Below, one piece after another: positions 20,392 through 30,710 of a stretch of DNA of 56,486 nucleotides. Position numbers and translations under genes: made by a program. The stretch is from positions 1-56,486 of the forward strand of contig CAZCRK010000005.1 of assembly GCA_964501035.1 (NCBI GenBank). Reading direction: 5' to 3'. Each line of letters begins with the position of its first letter. Within the stretch, counting starts at the first letter, position 1. The notes below the pieces were generated by a model, which was not told the origin of the DNA, ran no database searches, and saw only the letters and a list, made by a program, of their open reading frames with translations.

Positions 20392-23277
20392 TTATGCTTG
20401 TTCTTGTAGCAACTGCATGAGTTCTCGAGCTTTAGAATCAAGTGGATTATTTTCGAGCCAACCATTTAAAAACTCAATTGCTTCATCGATTCTATCTGCC
20501 TGAGCATAGGTTTGCATAAGCGCTAAAAGTATATCTGGTACTTCTGGGTATTTTTCTAACATATCTAAATATAGAGTTATGGCAGAGTCAAAATCTTTCA
20601 TATCCATGGTATAGACTTGACCGATGTAAAATTGAGTTTCTATGGAAATATCGCCACGAGCTAATATATTATTTAAAATAGATTTTTGTTTATCCACATC
20701 CCCAGTTTGTCCATATATCCGAGCAATTTGAATCTCTAAATCAGGTTCTGAAATAGGGATTACCGATTGGGGAAAATATGTTTCCATGTTTTCCAAAAGT
20801 AAATGGGCAGATTCCAAATTATTGTCTTTATTGGAATATAAATCATTCAAAGCCATTTGTAGAAAACTTGAACGATAATTTTGTATCAAACGCACAATAT
20901 TGCTACTAAAAAACACGTCTGCATTATCTAAGTTAGTGTACCTATATACCCCTTCACCACTTGAAACATATTGTGTGTAGTCTTCACCGGTTCTAATTAT
21001 ATTTGTTAAGTCAGATGATTGGGTTATGTTTTGTAACATTTTATCATAATTCAGTTTAGGTGGGCTATCGCCAGAACTTTGTTTTGTGGTATGGATTTTA
21101 TAAACTAACCCTTCCATACTCAAATAATTTTCTAACCCCATTCGATTGCTCGGTGAAACTGTTACAGCAAAATATACCGGTTGGTTGGCAATGATATCTT
21201 CAATTATTTGTAGTACCATTAAATCCTGCACACGGATATAATTACTTAATGTTGGTTTCAGCTTAAATGAAATGGATGAATCACCAACTTTTAGTGTTGC
21301 ATCTGGCTCACCCCAAATATCATTTGGTTTGCTCCAATCAACAGGAATCCCAAATTCTCTTACTGAGTATTTAGTACTATATTGCTCACGTGTTTTTTGA
21401 TCCAATATTGGTGCTAATTTTCCCCAAATATGAGTCCACTTTTGAAGGGCATAGGCAGTTCCAGTAACTGGCTCTATATTGTTGATAGCCTTATCTGATA
21501 ATTTTATGGGGAGTTTTGGCTCTTCATTTTTCAGCTGATCAATATACCATGGCGTATTCAATAAACTCAAATTAACCACCCGAACGTCTTTTCGTACTCC
21601 TTCAACTTCTTGGATATACCAAAGCGGAAATGTGTCATTATCTCCATTCGTAAAAATAATTCCGTTTGGTTCACATGAATTAAGCATATTGTAAGCATAG
21701 TCCCAAGCAACATAATTTCCCGCACGGCTATGTTCAGTATAATCTTTTGCCATCATGTTTATTGGCATAGCTAACAATAATACAACAGAAATACCCATCA
21801 TAATATTTTGGGATAATTCTGAGTTTTCAAAATATTCACGAATTCTTTCCATCAATCCTGCAATTCCAATGCCTATCCAAATTGAAAAAGTAAAGAAACT
21901 ACCTACATAGGAATAGTCCCGTTCGCGTGGTTGTGGGTCATATTGATTAAGGTATAAAATTATCATAACTCCCGTAGCTGCAAAAATTGCGAGTACTGCC
22001 AATGCTCGCTTTCTATCTCGGTAAAAATGATGACCTAAACCAGCAAGTCCAAACAAAAGTGCAAGTGGAATTCCATATCGAAACCAGTTTATACCATCTA
22101 GTTTTTTGATTAGCGAGCCATCTTTTGTTCGTACATCCCAATTATTTTCGCCCCTTCCTGCAAATTGCCATGCAAAATAACGTAAGTACATTTCTTTCAC
22201 CTGATAGTTCCATACAAAGTCAAATATATCTCCATCACTGGGATTATTACGATTATCTGTATAGCGTTTCCAATGTGCATTTTCAGGTCGTTTAAGAGTT
22301 GCTCCCCTATCAGTAATTGACCAATCTCCATATTGTTCACGGTTCATGTACGATAAAGCACGCTCATACGTATCTGGGTTATTTTCATTAATGGATGGAT
22401 GTTGATTTGCACGAATAAAAATAGTCGTGTATGTTGAATATCCAATAAAAATCATGACCAAACAGCTCATTATGGTTGACCATTGGTAGTTTTTTGAATA
22501 GATAAAATAGATAGTTAATGCAAAAACAGACACCACAGTCATAATGGCGGTGGGAAGTCCGTAGCTACTAGTAATATTAGGCAGTCCTTTTATGATTCCT
22601 AAGTATATTACCATAAATGATAAAAGTGTAGCTCCAACAGTTGCTATAAATCCGAGAGGAGAAAATTCATATTTTTTAAAGTAGATAATTAACGCAATAA
22701 ATGGAAGTGCTAAGAGATTTAACAGGTGAATTCCGATTGCTAATCCAAGCATATATGCAATGAGTAAAATATATCGAACATTTCCAGGTTTACCTTCGTT
22801 TCTGCTCCAACGTAGAATGAGCCAAACAACGATACCGGTGAAGAATGTTGATAAAGAATACACTTCTGCTTCTACAGCATTAAACCAATGTGAGTCCGTA
22901 AATGCAAACGTCATGGCACCAATAAAAGCACTTGCAAATGCTATAATTGCATCAGATTTTGATTCAACTTTACCTCGCCATTCAATAATCAATTCTACAA
23001 TTATAAGATATAAAAACATCACAGAAAAAGCACTTGCAAGTGGTGATATTAAGTTTACACGAGCACCAATGTCATCAAAAAATGGAAGCTGTGAAAATAC
23101 ATTACCTACTATTAAATACAGGGGTGTACCAGGGGGGTGAGGAACACCCATTGTAAAAGCCGTTGCGATAAATTCACCACAATCCCAAAAAGAGGTTGTG
23201 GGTGCCATTGTCATTAAATATATAATGAAGGAAGCAAGAAATGAAAGTCCAGCTAACCCCTTATTTAGTTTATTCAT
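20392..23277 (-). CDS. DUF2723/TMEM260-like GT-C membrane protein with C-terminal TPR-like helices
   Basis: TSFWDCGEF, HPPG, EAEVYS, REQYG, RERDY and GDNDTFPLWY motifs; start moved to ATG 23277 (MNKLNKG). Confidence 0.85.
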   Translation of the reverse strand: MNKLNKGLAGLSFLASFIIYLMTMAPTTSFWDCGEFIATAFTMGVPHPPGTPLYLIVGNVFSQLPFFDDIGARVNLISPLASAFSVMFLYLIIVELIIEWRGKVESKSDAIIAFASAFIGAMTFAFTDSHWFNAVEAEVYSLSTFFTGIVVWLILRWSRNEGKPGNVRYILLIAYMLGLAIGIHLLNLLALPFIALIIYFKKYEFSPLGFIATVGATLLSFMVIYLGIIKGLPNITSSYGLPTAIMTVVSVFALTIYFIYSKNYQWSTIMSCLVMIFIGYSTYTTIFIRANQHPSINENNPDTYERALSYMNREQYGDWSITDRGATLKRPENAHWKRYTDNRNNPSDGDIFDFVWNYQVKEMYLRYFAWQFAGRGENNWDVRTKDGSLIKKLDGINWFRYGIPLALLFGLAGLGHHFYRDRKRALAVLAIFAATGVMIILYLNQYDPQPRERDYSYVGSFFTFSIWIGIGIAGLMERIREYFENSELSQNIMMGISVVLLLAMPINMMAKDYTEHSRAGNYVAWDYAYNMLNSCEPNGIIFTNGDNDTFPLWYIQEVEGVRKDVRVVNLSLLNTPWYIDQLKNEEPKLPIKLSDKAINNIEPVTGTAYALQKWTHIWGKLAPILDQKTREQYSTKYSVREFGIPVDWSKPNDIWGEPDATLKVGDSSISFKLKPTLSNYIRVQDLMVLQIIEDIIANQPVYFAVTVSPSNRMGLENYLSMEGLVYKIHTTKQSSGDSPPKLNYDKMLQNITQSSDLTNIIRTGEDYTQYVSSGEGVYRYTNLDNADVFFSSNIVRLIQNYRSSFLQMALNDLYSNKDNNLESAHLLLENMETYFPQSVIPISEPDLEIQIARIYGQTGDVDKQKSILNNILARGDISIETQFYIGQVYTMDMKDFDSAITLYLDMLEKYPEVPDILLALMQTYAQADRIDEAIEFLNGWLENNPLDSKARELMQLLQEQA

Positions 23278-23623
23278 TAGTTGTTTCAGTTTCTTCTTTG
23301 GGAGTTTCAGTTGAATCAGTAGCATCTTTAGGAGGTTCTTCTGGTTCATCTTTTTTATCTGATTCAACCACATAATTCATGCGTAAATCGTGTAGAGATT
23401 GGTCAATAAATTTTACTTCTTGTTCATTCAAATTTCCATTGGAGATGTGTTTTAACATATCCAACATATCAATTGACATGGAAGCACCAGCTAAATCTTT
23501 TTCAATTTTATCTGTCATCGGATTTTTAATTTTTCCTAATTGCATCCAAGCTTGTGAAGCAATTGAACTAACAAGTCCAGCAAAAAGGTGTGTGTATTTT
23601 TCATTATTTTGTTTATCGCTCAT
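23270..23623 (-). CDS. DUF1844 family protein
   Basis: AWMQLGKIKNP...IDMLDML..GNL..E..L.DLRMNYV. Confidence 0.8.
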   Translation of the reverse strand: MSDKQNNEKYTHLFAGLVSSIASQAWMQLGKIKNPMTDKIEKDLAGASMSIDMLDMLKHISNGNLNEQEVKFIDQSLHDLRMNYVVESDKKDEPEEPPKDATDSTETPKEETETTNE

Positions 23624-23626
23624 ATC

Positions 23627-25726
23627 CTATCCTATATTTATGTATTCTAACATGTGTTGATAATTTACTAAGAATTCACTACGAATGTATTGATGTTCTT
23701 GTTGTTTCAGTTGTGGGTCTGTAAGTATTATACTTTGTGCTCGTTGTCTAGAACGCCGAATAATAGGTCCATCATTTACAAAATCAGCAAGTTTAGATTT
23801 TATATATCCATGTTGTTTTGTTCCAAAAAACTCTCCAGGACCTCGCAATTTTAAATCTTCATCTGAAATATCAAATCCATTTAATGTACGTTCCATTACG
23901 TTTAAACGATGTTCCGATTCTGGTGTTTTTTTATTTTGCACAAGAACACAATAACTTTTATGTGTTCCACGTCCAATTCTACCTCGTAATTGATGAAGCT
24001 GGGTAAGTCCAAATCGTTCAGCATTTTCGATAAGCATAACGGTTGCATTTGGAATATCAATTCCAACTTCTATAACTGTTGTTGCAACTAAACAGTGCAT
24101 TTCGCCATTTGCTAATTGAAGCATCTGATTATCTCGTTCAATTTTGTCCATTTTACCATGGATACATCCAATATTGAATTCAGGAAATATTTTTTTACTA
24201 AAGGTGTTAAATCCTGTTTCTACAGCTTTTAAATCAATTTTTTCAGATTCTTCAATTAAGGGATAAACAATGAAACATTGTCTTCCATTTTTCATTTCTT
24301 GACGCAAGAAATCATATACTTTTTCCAAGCGATTGGGTTCCACAACTTTAGTTGTAATGGGGATTCTATTTCCTGGTAATTCATCAATTAAAGAAATATC
24401 CATATCTCCATGCAATGTTAGTGATAGCGTACGTGGTATTGGTGTTGCTGTCATAGCTAATATTTCAGGATTATTTCCTTTATCAATTAGTTGTTTCCGC
24501 TGACCTACCCCAAATCGATGTTGCTCATCAATAACAATTAATCCTAAATCATTGAAAATAACCGGGTCTTGAATTAACGCGTGAGTCCCAACAATGAGCT
24601 GGATTTCCCCATTTTTTAAATCTGAATAAATTTTTTCCTTATCAGGTTTTTTTATTTTCCCGGTTAGCAACTCGCATCGGATATTCACTTTGTTGCAATA
24701 TTGTTTAAAACTATTAAAATGTTGTTCTGCAAGAATTTCTGTTGGAGCCATGACTGCGACTTGTGCTTTGTTGCCAATAATAACAGCAGAAGCCAACATT
24801 GCAACGATTGTTTTTCCTGATCCCACATCTCCCTGAATAAGTCTATTCATTGGTTTAACAGATGAAAAATCTTGTCTAATCTCTTGAAGTACACGAATTT
24901 GAGCATCAGTCAACGCAAAGCTTAGACTATTGTAAATTTCTTTTACATAGGGCCCCTGCTCAGAAAATATTCGTCCTGTGGTAGTTAGCGCTTTTTGTCT
25001 TTTTAAAGCCATGAGTAATTGTAAAAAGAAATGTTCATCAAACTTAAGTCGATATCGTGCTGACTTTAATGCACTTATATTTTCAGGGAAATGAATTTGT
25101 TTTAACGATTCATCTAAAGATATCAAACCTTCTTCTTGCTGAAATTCTGGTGTGTAAAAATCATGTATTGGTTTTTCTAATTTTCTAAAAATAGTGAGAA
25201 TTAGTTTTCGAATATTTCTGCTATATAACCCCACACTTTTTAAATTGGAGGTTGAAGGATACAGTGCTATAATTTGTCCAGTATTTATAGGGTCTTCACC
25301 ATCATCAAGTAAGTCAAATTCAGGATGAATGATTTGTAAGCCGTTGTAAAATTCCACTTTACCGTATATGGCAATGGATTCTCCCGGTTTGAATTTGTCA
25401 ATAATCCATGATACGCTATTAAACCATGAACATGTCAACATACCAGTATCATCGGAAACAATCATTTGAAAATACTTGCGTTTTTTGGTTTGCTTAAGTC
25501 CAAATGTTTCGACTTTGCCAACAATAACTGCAGTGTCTCCTACACGTAATTCATTGATTTTCTTCACGGTAGTACGGTCTAAATATCGTCGTGGGAAATG
25601 GTAAATTAAATCTTTAATGGTATCAATTCCGATTTCACGAAATGCATTTCCACGGGCTGGACCAACACCCTTTAAAAATTTAATTTCCGTATCTAATGAA
25701 ATGGAGTAGTAGGGAGATTCACTCAT
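23627..25726 (-). CDS. recG: ATP-dependent DNA helicase RecG
   Basis: LKGVGP, QGDVGSGKT, DEQHRFG, TATPIPRT and QLRGRIGRG motifs. Confidence 0.97.
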   Translation of the reverse strand: MSESPYYSISLDTEIKFLKGVGPARGNAFREIGIDTIKDLIYHFPRRYLDRTTVKKINELRVGDTAVIVGKVETFGLKQTKKRKYFQMIVSDDTGMLTCSWFNSVSWIIDKFKPGESIAIYGKVEFYNGLQIIHPEFDLLDDGEDPINTGQIIALYPSTSNLKSVGLYSRNIRKLILTIFRKLEKPIHDFYTPEFQQEEGLISLDESLKQIHFPENISALKSARYRLKFDEHFFLQLLMALKRQKALTTTGRIFSEQGPYVKEIYNSLSFALTDAQIRVLQEIRQDFSSVKPMNRLIQGDVGSGKTIVAMLASAVIIGNKAQVAVMAPTEILAEQHFNSFKQYCNKVNIRCELLTGKIKKPDKEKIYSDLKNGEIQLIVGTHALIQDPVIFNDLGLIVIDEQHRFGVGQRKQLIDKGNNPEILAMTATPIPRTLSLTLHGDMDISLIDELPGNRIPITTKVVEPNRLEKVYDFLRQEMKNGRQCFIVYPLIEESEKIDLKAVETGFNTFSKKIFPEFNIGCIHGKMDKIERDNQMLQLANGEMHCLVATTVIEVGIDIPNATVMLIENAERFGLTQLHQLRGRIGRGTHKSYCVLVQNKKTPESEHRLNVMERTLNGFDISDEDLKLRGPGEFFGTKQHGYIKSKLADFVNDGPIIRRSRQRAQSIILTDPQLKQQEHQYIRSEFLVNYQHMLEYINIG

Positions 25727-25738
25727 TTATTGATTTTT

Positions 25739-28366
25739 TCAACTCTTCAAAGATGTAAGATTATCTTGTAATTTTTCTAAACTTTCTTGATAGTCAGCTT
25801 GTTTTTTTTGTTCATGCTCAACTACTTGTTTTGGTGCTCGAGCAACAAAGTTTTCATTGGAAAGTTTTCCATTTACAGCACGTAAACGTCCTTCCATGTC
25901 TGAAATTTGTTTTTCAAGTCGATCAATTTCCTTTGATACATCAATCAATCCTGCAAGTGGTATAAACAATTCTAACTTTTGCACCACAGATGTAGCTGAT
26001 TGTTCTGGTTTTTCAATATCCACACCTGCACTTAGATTATCTATATTTGCCAATCTGTCTAAATAAGATTTATGATTTTCAACAATTGCCAACACATCTT
26101 GTTTTCCTCTTACCAATAATGTAGCTTTTTTTGATGGTGCAATATTTAACCCAACTCGCATATTCCTAACTGATGTGATAATATCCATAATGAGCTGAAT
26201 TTCTGATTCAACAGTATTATCAATTTTAGATGTATCTACCGATGGCCAACTACCTTCAGCAATCATTTCTTCATTATTTGTAGAAAAATAACTCCATAAT
26301 TCTTCGGTAATATGAGGAGTATATGGATGTAACAATTTTAATATATTTCGAATAATATGAACACTTACAGTTTGTGCTGTTTGTCGACTTTTTACATTAT
26401 CACTATAAAATCGAGCTTTACAAAATTCAATATACCAATTACAAAAGTCACCCCATACAAAATTATATACTTGTTTTACAGCATCATTTAGCTTGTATTG
26501 TGTATAGGCTTGATCCACATTTTGAATTGTTTTGTTTAGTTTAGATAAAATCCATTTATCTGTTGGATCAAAAAGTGCATTATCTAATTCTGAAAGTGGT
26601 TGAGGTAACTCATCGTCCAAGTTCATCATGACAAAACGAGCAGAATTCCATAGTTTGTTCATAAAATTACGACCTTGTTCAAGTCGTTCTTCGGTAAACA
26701 AAATGTCTAAACCTTGAGGAGCTATCATAAGCACACTTACCCGAACAGCATCGGCACCATATTTTTCAAATAAATCAAGTGGGTCAGGTGAGTTGCCAAG
26801 AGATTTGCTCATCTTCCTGCCCTCACTATCTCTAATTATACCAGTGAAATATACATTCGAAAATGGAATGTCATCCATAAAATACAATCCAGCCATTATC
26901 ATACGAGCCACCCAGAAAAAGATAATATCTGGACCCGTAACCAAATCTTGGGTAGGGTAAAATTTCTGCAAGTCATCTGTATTTTTTGGCCAACCTAATG
27001 TAGCAAATGGCCACAACCAAGAACTAAACCATGTGTCTAAGACATCTTCATCTTGTACCCAACCATCGCCTTGAGGTGCTTTTAATCCACAATAAATTTC
27101 ATCCCCTTTATACCAAACTGGAATGCGATGTCCCCACCACAGTTGTCGGGAAATGCACCAATCTCTAACATTTTCCAACCAATGGTTATATGTTTTAATC
27201 CAACGTTCGGGATAAAAATTTATTTGTCCTTCATTTACTGCCTTGAGTGCAGGTTTGGCAAGTGGTTCCATTTTTAAAAACCATTGATTTGATAAATACG
27301 GCTCAACAACTGCATCGGTTCGTTCAGAATGTCCAACTTTATTATCATAATCTTCAATTTTATCAAGGTATCCCAAAGCATCTAACTCTTGTAAAACCAA
27401 TTTTCGTGCCTCATATCGGTCCAAATTTTGATACTGCTTTGGAGTGTTTTCATTCATGGTTGCATTAGGATGCATCACATTGATGATATCCAAGTTATTT
27501 CGTTCACCCATGTCAAAGTCATTGGGGTCATGAGCTGGTGTAACCTTTACGCAACCTGTTCCAAATTCCATATCCACATAATTATCAGCGAATATGGGAA
27601 TGTCACGATTTACAATTGGAAGTGTCACTGTTTTGCCAACTAAATCTGTATATCGCTCATCTTTTGGATTTACAGCAATTCCGGTATCACCCAACATGGT
27701 TTCTGGACGAGTTGTGGCAACCACTAAGTAATTATCAGTTCCGGTTATGGGGTAACGAAAGTGCCATAATTTGCCCTTTGATTCTTTATAAATAACTTCC
27801 TCATCAGAAAGTGCGGTTTGTCCAACAGGATCCCAATTGATAATCCGTTCACCCTTATAAATCAGACCATCTTTATATAGTTTTACAAATACTTCAAGAA
27901 CAGCATTGCTATAGCCATCATCCATGGTAAACACTTCTCTATCCCATTCGCAAGAACAACCTAGATTCTTCAGTTGCTTGATGATGATTCCGCCATATTT
28001 TTCTTTCCATTTCCAAGCATGTTTCAGAAATTCATCACGTCCAATTTCTCGTTTATCAATCCCATCATCTTTTAACATTCGGGTTACTTTTGCTTCTGTT
28101 GCTATAGAGGCATGGTCAGTTCCAGGTAGCCACAAGGTAGATTTCCCCTGCATTCTGGCACGACGGACTAGTACATCTTGTATTGTGTTGTTAAGGACAT
28201 GCCCCATGGTGAGAATACCTGTCACATTTGGTGGAGGTATCATTAAAGTAAATGGTTCATTTGAATCTTCGTTGGGTTTAAAAACTCCTGCCTTTTCCCA
28301 ATTTGAATACCATTTTTGCTCGATATCAGTGGGGTCATACACCTTAGCAAGTTCACTCATTGCCAT
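25739..28366 (-). CDS. valS: Valine--tRNA ligase
   Basis: PPPNVTG.LTMGH, DWCISRQLWWGH, KMSKS motifs and C-terminal coiled coil. Confidence 0.97.
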   Translation of the reverse strand: MAMSELAKVYDPTDIEQKWYSNWEKAGVFKPNEDSNEPFTLMIPPPNVTGILTMGHVLNNTIQDVLVRRARMQGKSTLWLPGTDHASIATEAKVTRMLKDDGIDKREIGRDEFLKHAWKWKEKYGGIIIKQLKNLGCSCEWDREVFTMDDGYSNAVLEVFVKLYKDGLIYKGERIINWDPVGQTALSDEEVIYKESKGKLWHFRYPITGTDNYLVVATTRPETMLGDTGIAVNPKDERYTDLVGKTVTLPIVNRDIPIFADNYVDMEFGTGCVKVTPAHDPNDFDMGERNNLDIINVMHPNATMNENTPKQYQNLDRYEARKLVLQELDALGYLDKIEDYDNKVGHSERTDAVVEPYLSNQWFLKMEPLAKPALKAVNEGQINFYPERWIKTYNHWLENVRDWCISRQLWWGHRIPVWYKGDEIYCGLKAPQGDGWVQDEDVLDTWFSSWLWPFATLGWPKNTDDLQKFYPTQDLVTGPDIIFFWVARMIMAGLYFMDDIPFSNVYFTGIIRDSEGRKMSKSLGNSPDPLDLFEKYGADAVRVSVLMIAPQGLDILFTEERLEQGRNFMNKLWNSARFVMMNLDDELPQPLSELDNALFDPTDKWILSKLNKTIQNVDQAYTQYKLNDAVKQVYNFVWGDFCNWYIEFCKARFYSDNVKSRQTAQTVSVHIIRNILKLLHPYTPHITEELWSYFSTNNEEMIAEGSWPSVDTSKIDNTVESEIQLIMDIITSVRNMRVGLNIAPSKKATLLVRGKQDVLAIVENHKSYLDRLANIDNLSAGVDIEKPEQSATSVVQKLELFIPLAGLIDVSKEIDRLEKQISDMEGRLRAVNGKLSNENFVARAPKQVVEHEQKKQADYQESLEKLQDNLTSLKS

Positions 28367-28478
28367 ATTTCCTCATTAAAGTAATAAAATAGATAATTAA
28401 TCGAAGGATAATTTTACTTCAATTTAAAGGTATTTTTGAAGAAGGAAATACAGAAAAGGGATATTAGTAGATAATAGT

Positions 28479-28796
28479 TTAGTTCGACCAAACTCCAAAT
28501 CGCTCTTTCCGTAATTTTTGCGCTATATAAGATTCTAATTCTTCAGCATCTTTTCGTGTGGGAATAGGATTATATTTTTCATAAAATTGGGGAACCAGTT
28601 TTAGTCCAAATTTTCGCGCATACGTGTTTGATTTATACCCATCTTTATGCTGTTTGAATCGGATTGGTGGTTTTTGTGCGGACTGTCCAACATAGAAACA
28701 TCGATTGCCAAAAAGGTAATGTGGACTTTGTTTTCGAAATTTAACTATTTTCCCTACTGAAGGGTCTAGTTCAATAACATACACATAGTATTTCAT
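28479..28796 (-). CDS. Stand-alone GIY-YIG-like nuclease domain protein
   Basis: YVYVIEL...FYVGQS...RFKQH...E pattern. Confidence 0.65.
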   Translation of the reverse strand: MKYYVYVIELDPSVGKIVKFRKQSPHYLFGNRCFYVGQSAQKPPIRFKQHKDGYKSNTYARKFGLKLVPQFYEKYNPIPTRKDAEELESYIAQKLRKERFGVWSN

Positions 28797-28802
28797 AGAA
28801 AA

Positions 28803-30569
28803 TTAAATTTCTTTACATGCACTCTTTAGCCAGTTAACCTCATCAGAAGAAAGGTGTGAAGATATTTTTTCAAACACGTTGGAATGGTAATTGTTTATCC
28901 AATCTCTTTCCATTTTGGTGAGTAAATCTATATCCATTAATCGGCTATCAAAGGGTGCTTGCGTTAAGTTTCCAAACTCGAGCATATTTCTAGCTGAATC
29001 AATAGATGATTTTTTCACATAAATTAAATTTTCACAACGGATTCCATATTCACCTTCTTTATAAAAACCAGGTTCATTGGAAACTACCATTCCGGGTTGT
29101 AATACAGCTCCCATAGCTCGGGTAGCTATTCCTTGAGGGCCCTCATGTACGTTTAAAAAACTACCAACCCCATGGCCTGTTCCATGATCGTAATCAAAGC
29201 CTTCGTTCCACAATGCCTGTCGTGCTAAAATATCTAACTGTCCTCCCTTTGTTCCTTCGGGGAATACCGCAGAGGATAATGCAATATGTCCCTTTAAAAC
29301 CAAAGTAAACATTTTTTTCATTTCCATAGTCGGAGTACCGATAGCAATAGTTCGAGTAATATCTGTGGTTCCGTTTTTATACTGCCCACCGCTATCAATT
29401 AGGTAGAGTGAATTATGCTTCAAAGGAATATCTGTATCGCTATTTGTATGGCTGTAATGAACAATCGCACCATTTGCACCTGTTCCTGAAATAGAGCCAA
29501 AACTTAAATCATGAAAACCGATTCGTTCCATGCGGAGTTTTTCCAAATAATCGGATGCTGTAGCTTCAGTTAGAGTTTTACCTTTTACAACTTGTTCATC
29601 AATCCATGATAAAAATTTGCACATGGCAATTCCATCTTGGATATGGCATTGTTTCATTCCCCTGATTTCAACATCATTTTTACATGCTTTTAATATTAAA
29701 CATGGGTCAACATTATTTGAAATAATTGCATTTGCATTCTCTAATTTTTGGTGCGTCCAATAATTGGTAGAATTTGGATCTATTTGTACATGCTTATCCT
29801 TCAAATTTGCCAATCCTACTTCAAAATATTGAGGAGAATGAACTCGAACTAAGGACCCTGTATGGTTATCAAAATCAGTAGGGATTTTGTCTTTATCAAT
29901 AAAAATATCAACGGAAGAATCTTTATGTAAAATTGCACTACATAATGCTACTGGGTTGAAAGGAATATCCTTCCCTCGAATATTTAACAACCATGCAATT
30001 GAATCAAGCTTTGTTAAAATGACGGCATCTTGATTATTTGCAACTAACTGTGATGCTACTTTTTGGCGTTTATCATAGCTGTTTTCCCCAGAATATTCAA
30101 ATGGGTGTAGTATTAATTTCTCTGCAACTGGTTGTGGTCTATCTTTCCAAAAGTTATCAATTGGATTTTTGTTCATTGGTTTTAATGTTAATTTCTTTTG
30201 AGCTGATTTTACCCACCCTATGCGATGTAATCGAGCATCATAACCAATAATAGATTCAGTTTTTAGGTTGGAGATTAACCATTGAATTGGATTTTCTTCT
30301 ATTATATGGTGAAAAGAAAAATAATCATTTGGTACTTGTTGTTTTACTTGAACAGTATAGCGACCATCGACGAATATATGAGCAGAATCTTTACAAATAA
30401 TTGCCATTCCAGCTGAACCATTAAAACCAGTTGCCCAGGCAAGACGTTCATTTTGTGGGGGTAAATACTCAGATAAAAATTCATCATCATGAGGAATAAT
30501 ATATGCATCCAAATTATGGTCAAGTATCCACTCTTTAATTTGTTGTATTCTATTTAACATTTGATTCAT
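28803..30569 (-). CDS. Aminopeptidase P (Xaa-Pro, M24B)
   Basis: DSGGQY..GTTDITRT, HGTGHGVG..VHEGP, NEPG and GIRCEN motifs. Confidence 0.93.
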   Translation of the reverse strand: MNQMLNRIQQIKEWILDHNLDAYIIPHDDEFLSEYLPPQNERLAWATGFNGSAGMAIICKDSAHIFVDGRYTVQVKQQVPNDYFSFHHIIEENPIQWLISNLKTESIIGYDARLHRIGWVKSAQKKLTLKPMNKNPIDNFWKDRPQPVAEKLILHPFEYSGENSYDKRQKVASQLVANNQDAVILTKLDSIAWLLNIRGKDIPFNPVALCSAILHKDSSVDIFIDKDKIPTDFDNHTGSLVRVHSPQYFEVGLANLKDKHVQIDPNSTNYWTHQKLENANAIISNNVDPCLILKACKNDVEIRGMKQCHIQDGIAMCKFLSWIDEQVVKGKTLTEATASDYLEKLRMERIGFHDLSFGSISGTGANGAIVHYSHTNSDTDIPLKHNSLYLIDSGGQYKNGTTDITRTIAIGTPTMEMKKMFTLVLKGHIALSSAVFPEGTKGGQLDILARQALWNEGFDYDHGTGHGVGSFLNVHEGPQGIATRAMGAVLQPGMVVSNEPGFYKEGEYGIRCENLIYVKKSSIDSARNMLEFGNLTQAPFDSRLMDIDLLTKMERDWINNYHSNVFEKISSHLSSDEVNWLKSACKEI

Positions 30570-30710
30570 AATTCTTTCTAATACATTAAATTTTATCCCT
30601 CAAGTTAAGTGAAAATGAATTCATCATCAAAGATTTTCATCATGAAATAGAATATTCATATTAACTGAATTTTGATTTAAATTAACTTATTACTAAATCT
30701 AATAAATAGG

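Noticed and set aside
23278..23373. N-terminal extension of the DUF2723 ORF
   Set aside because: It overlaps the DUF1844 gene; family-like sequence begins at ATG 23277.
28367..28478. T-box leader for valS
   Set aside because: The spacer is short and has no T-box consensus.
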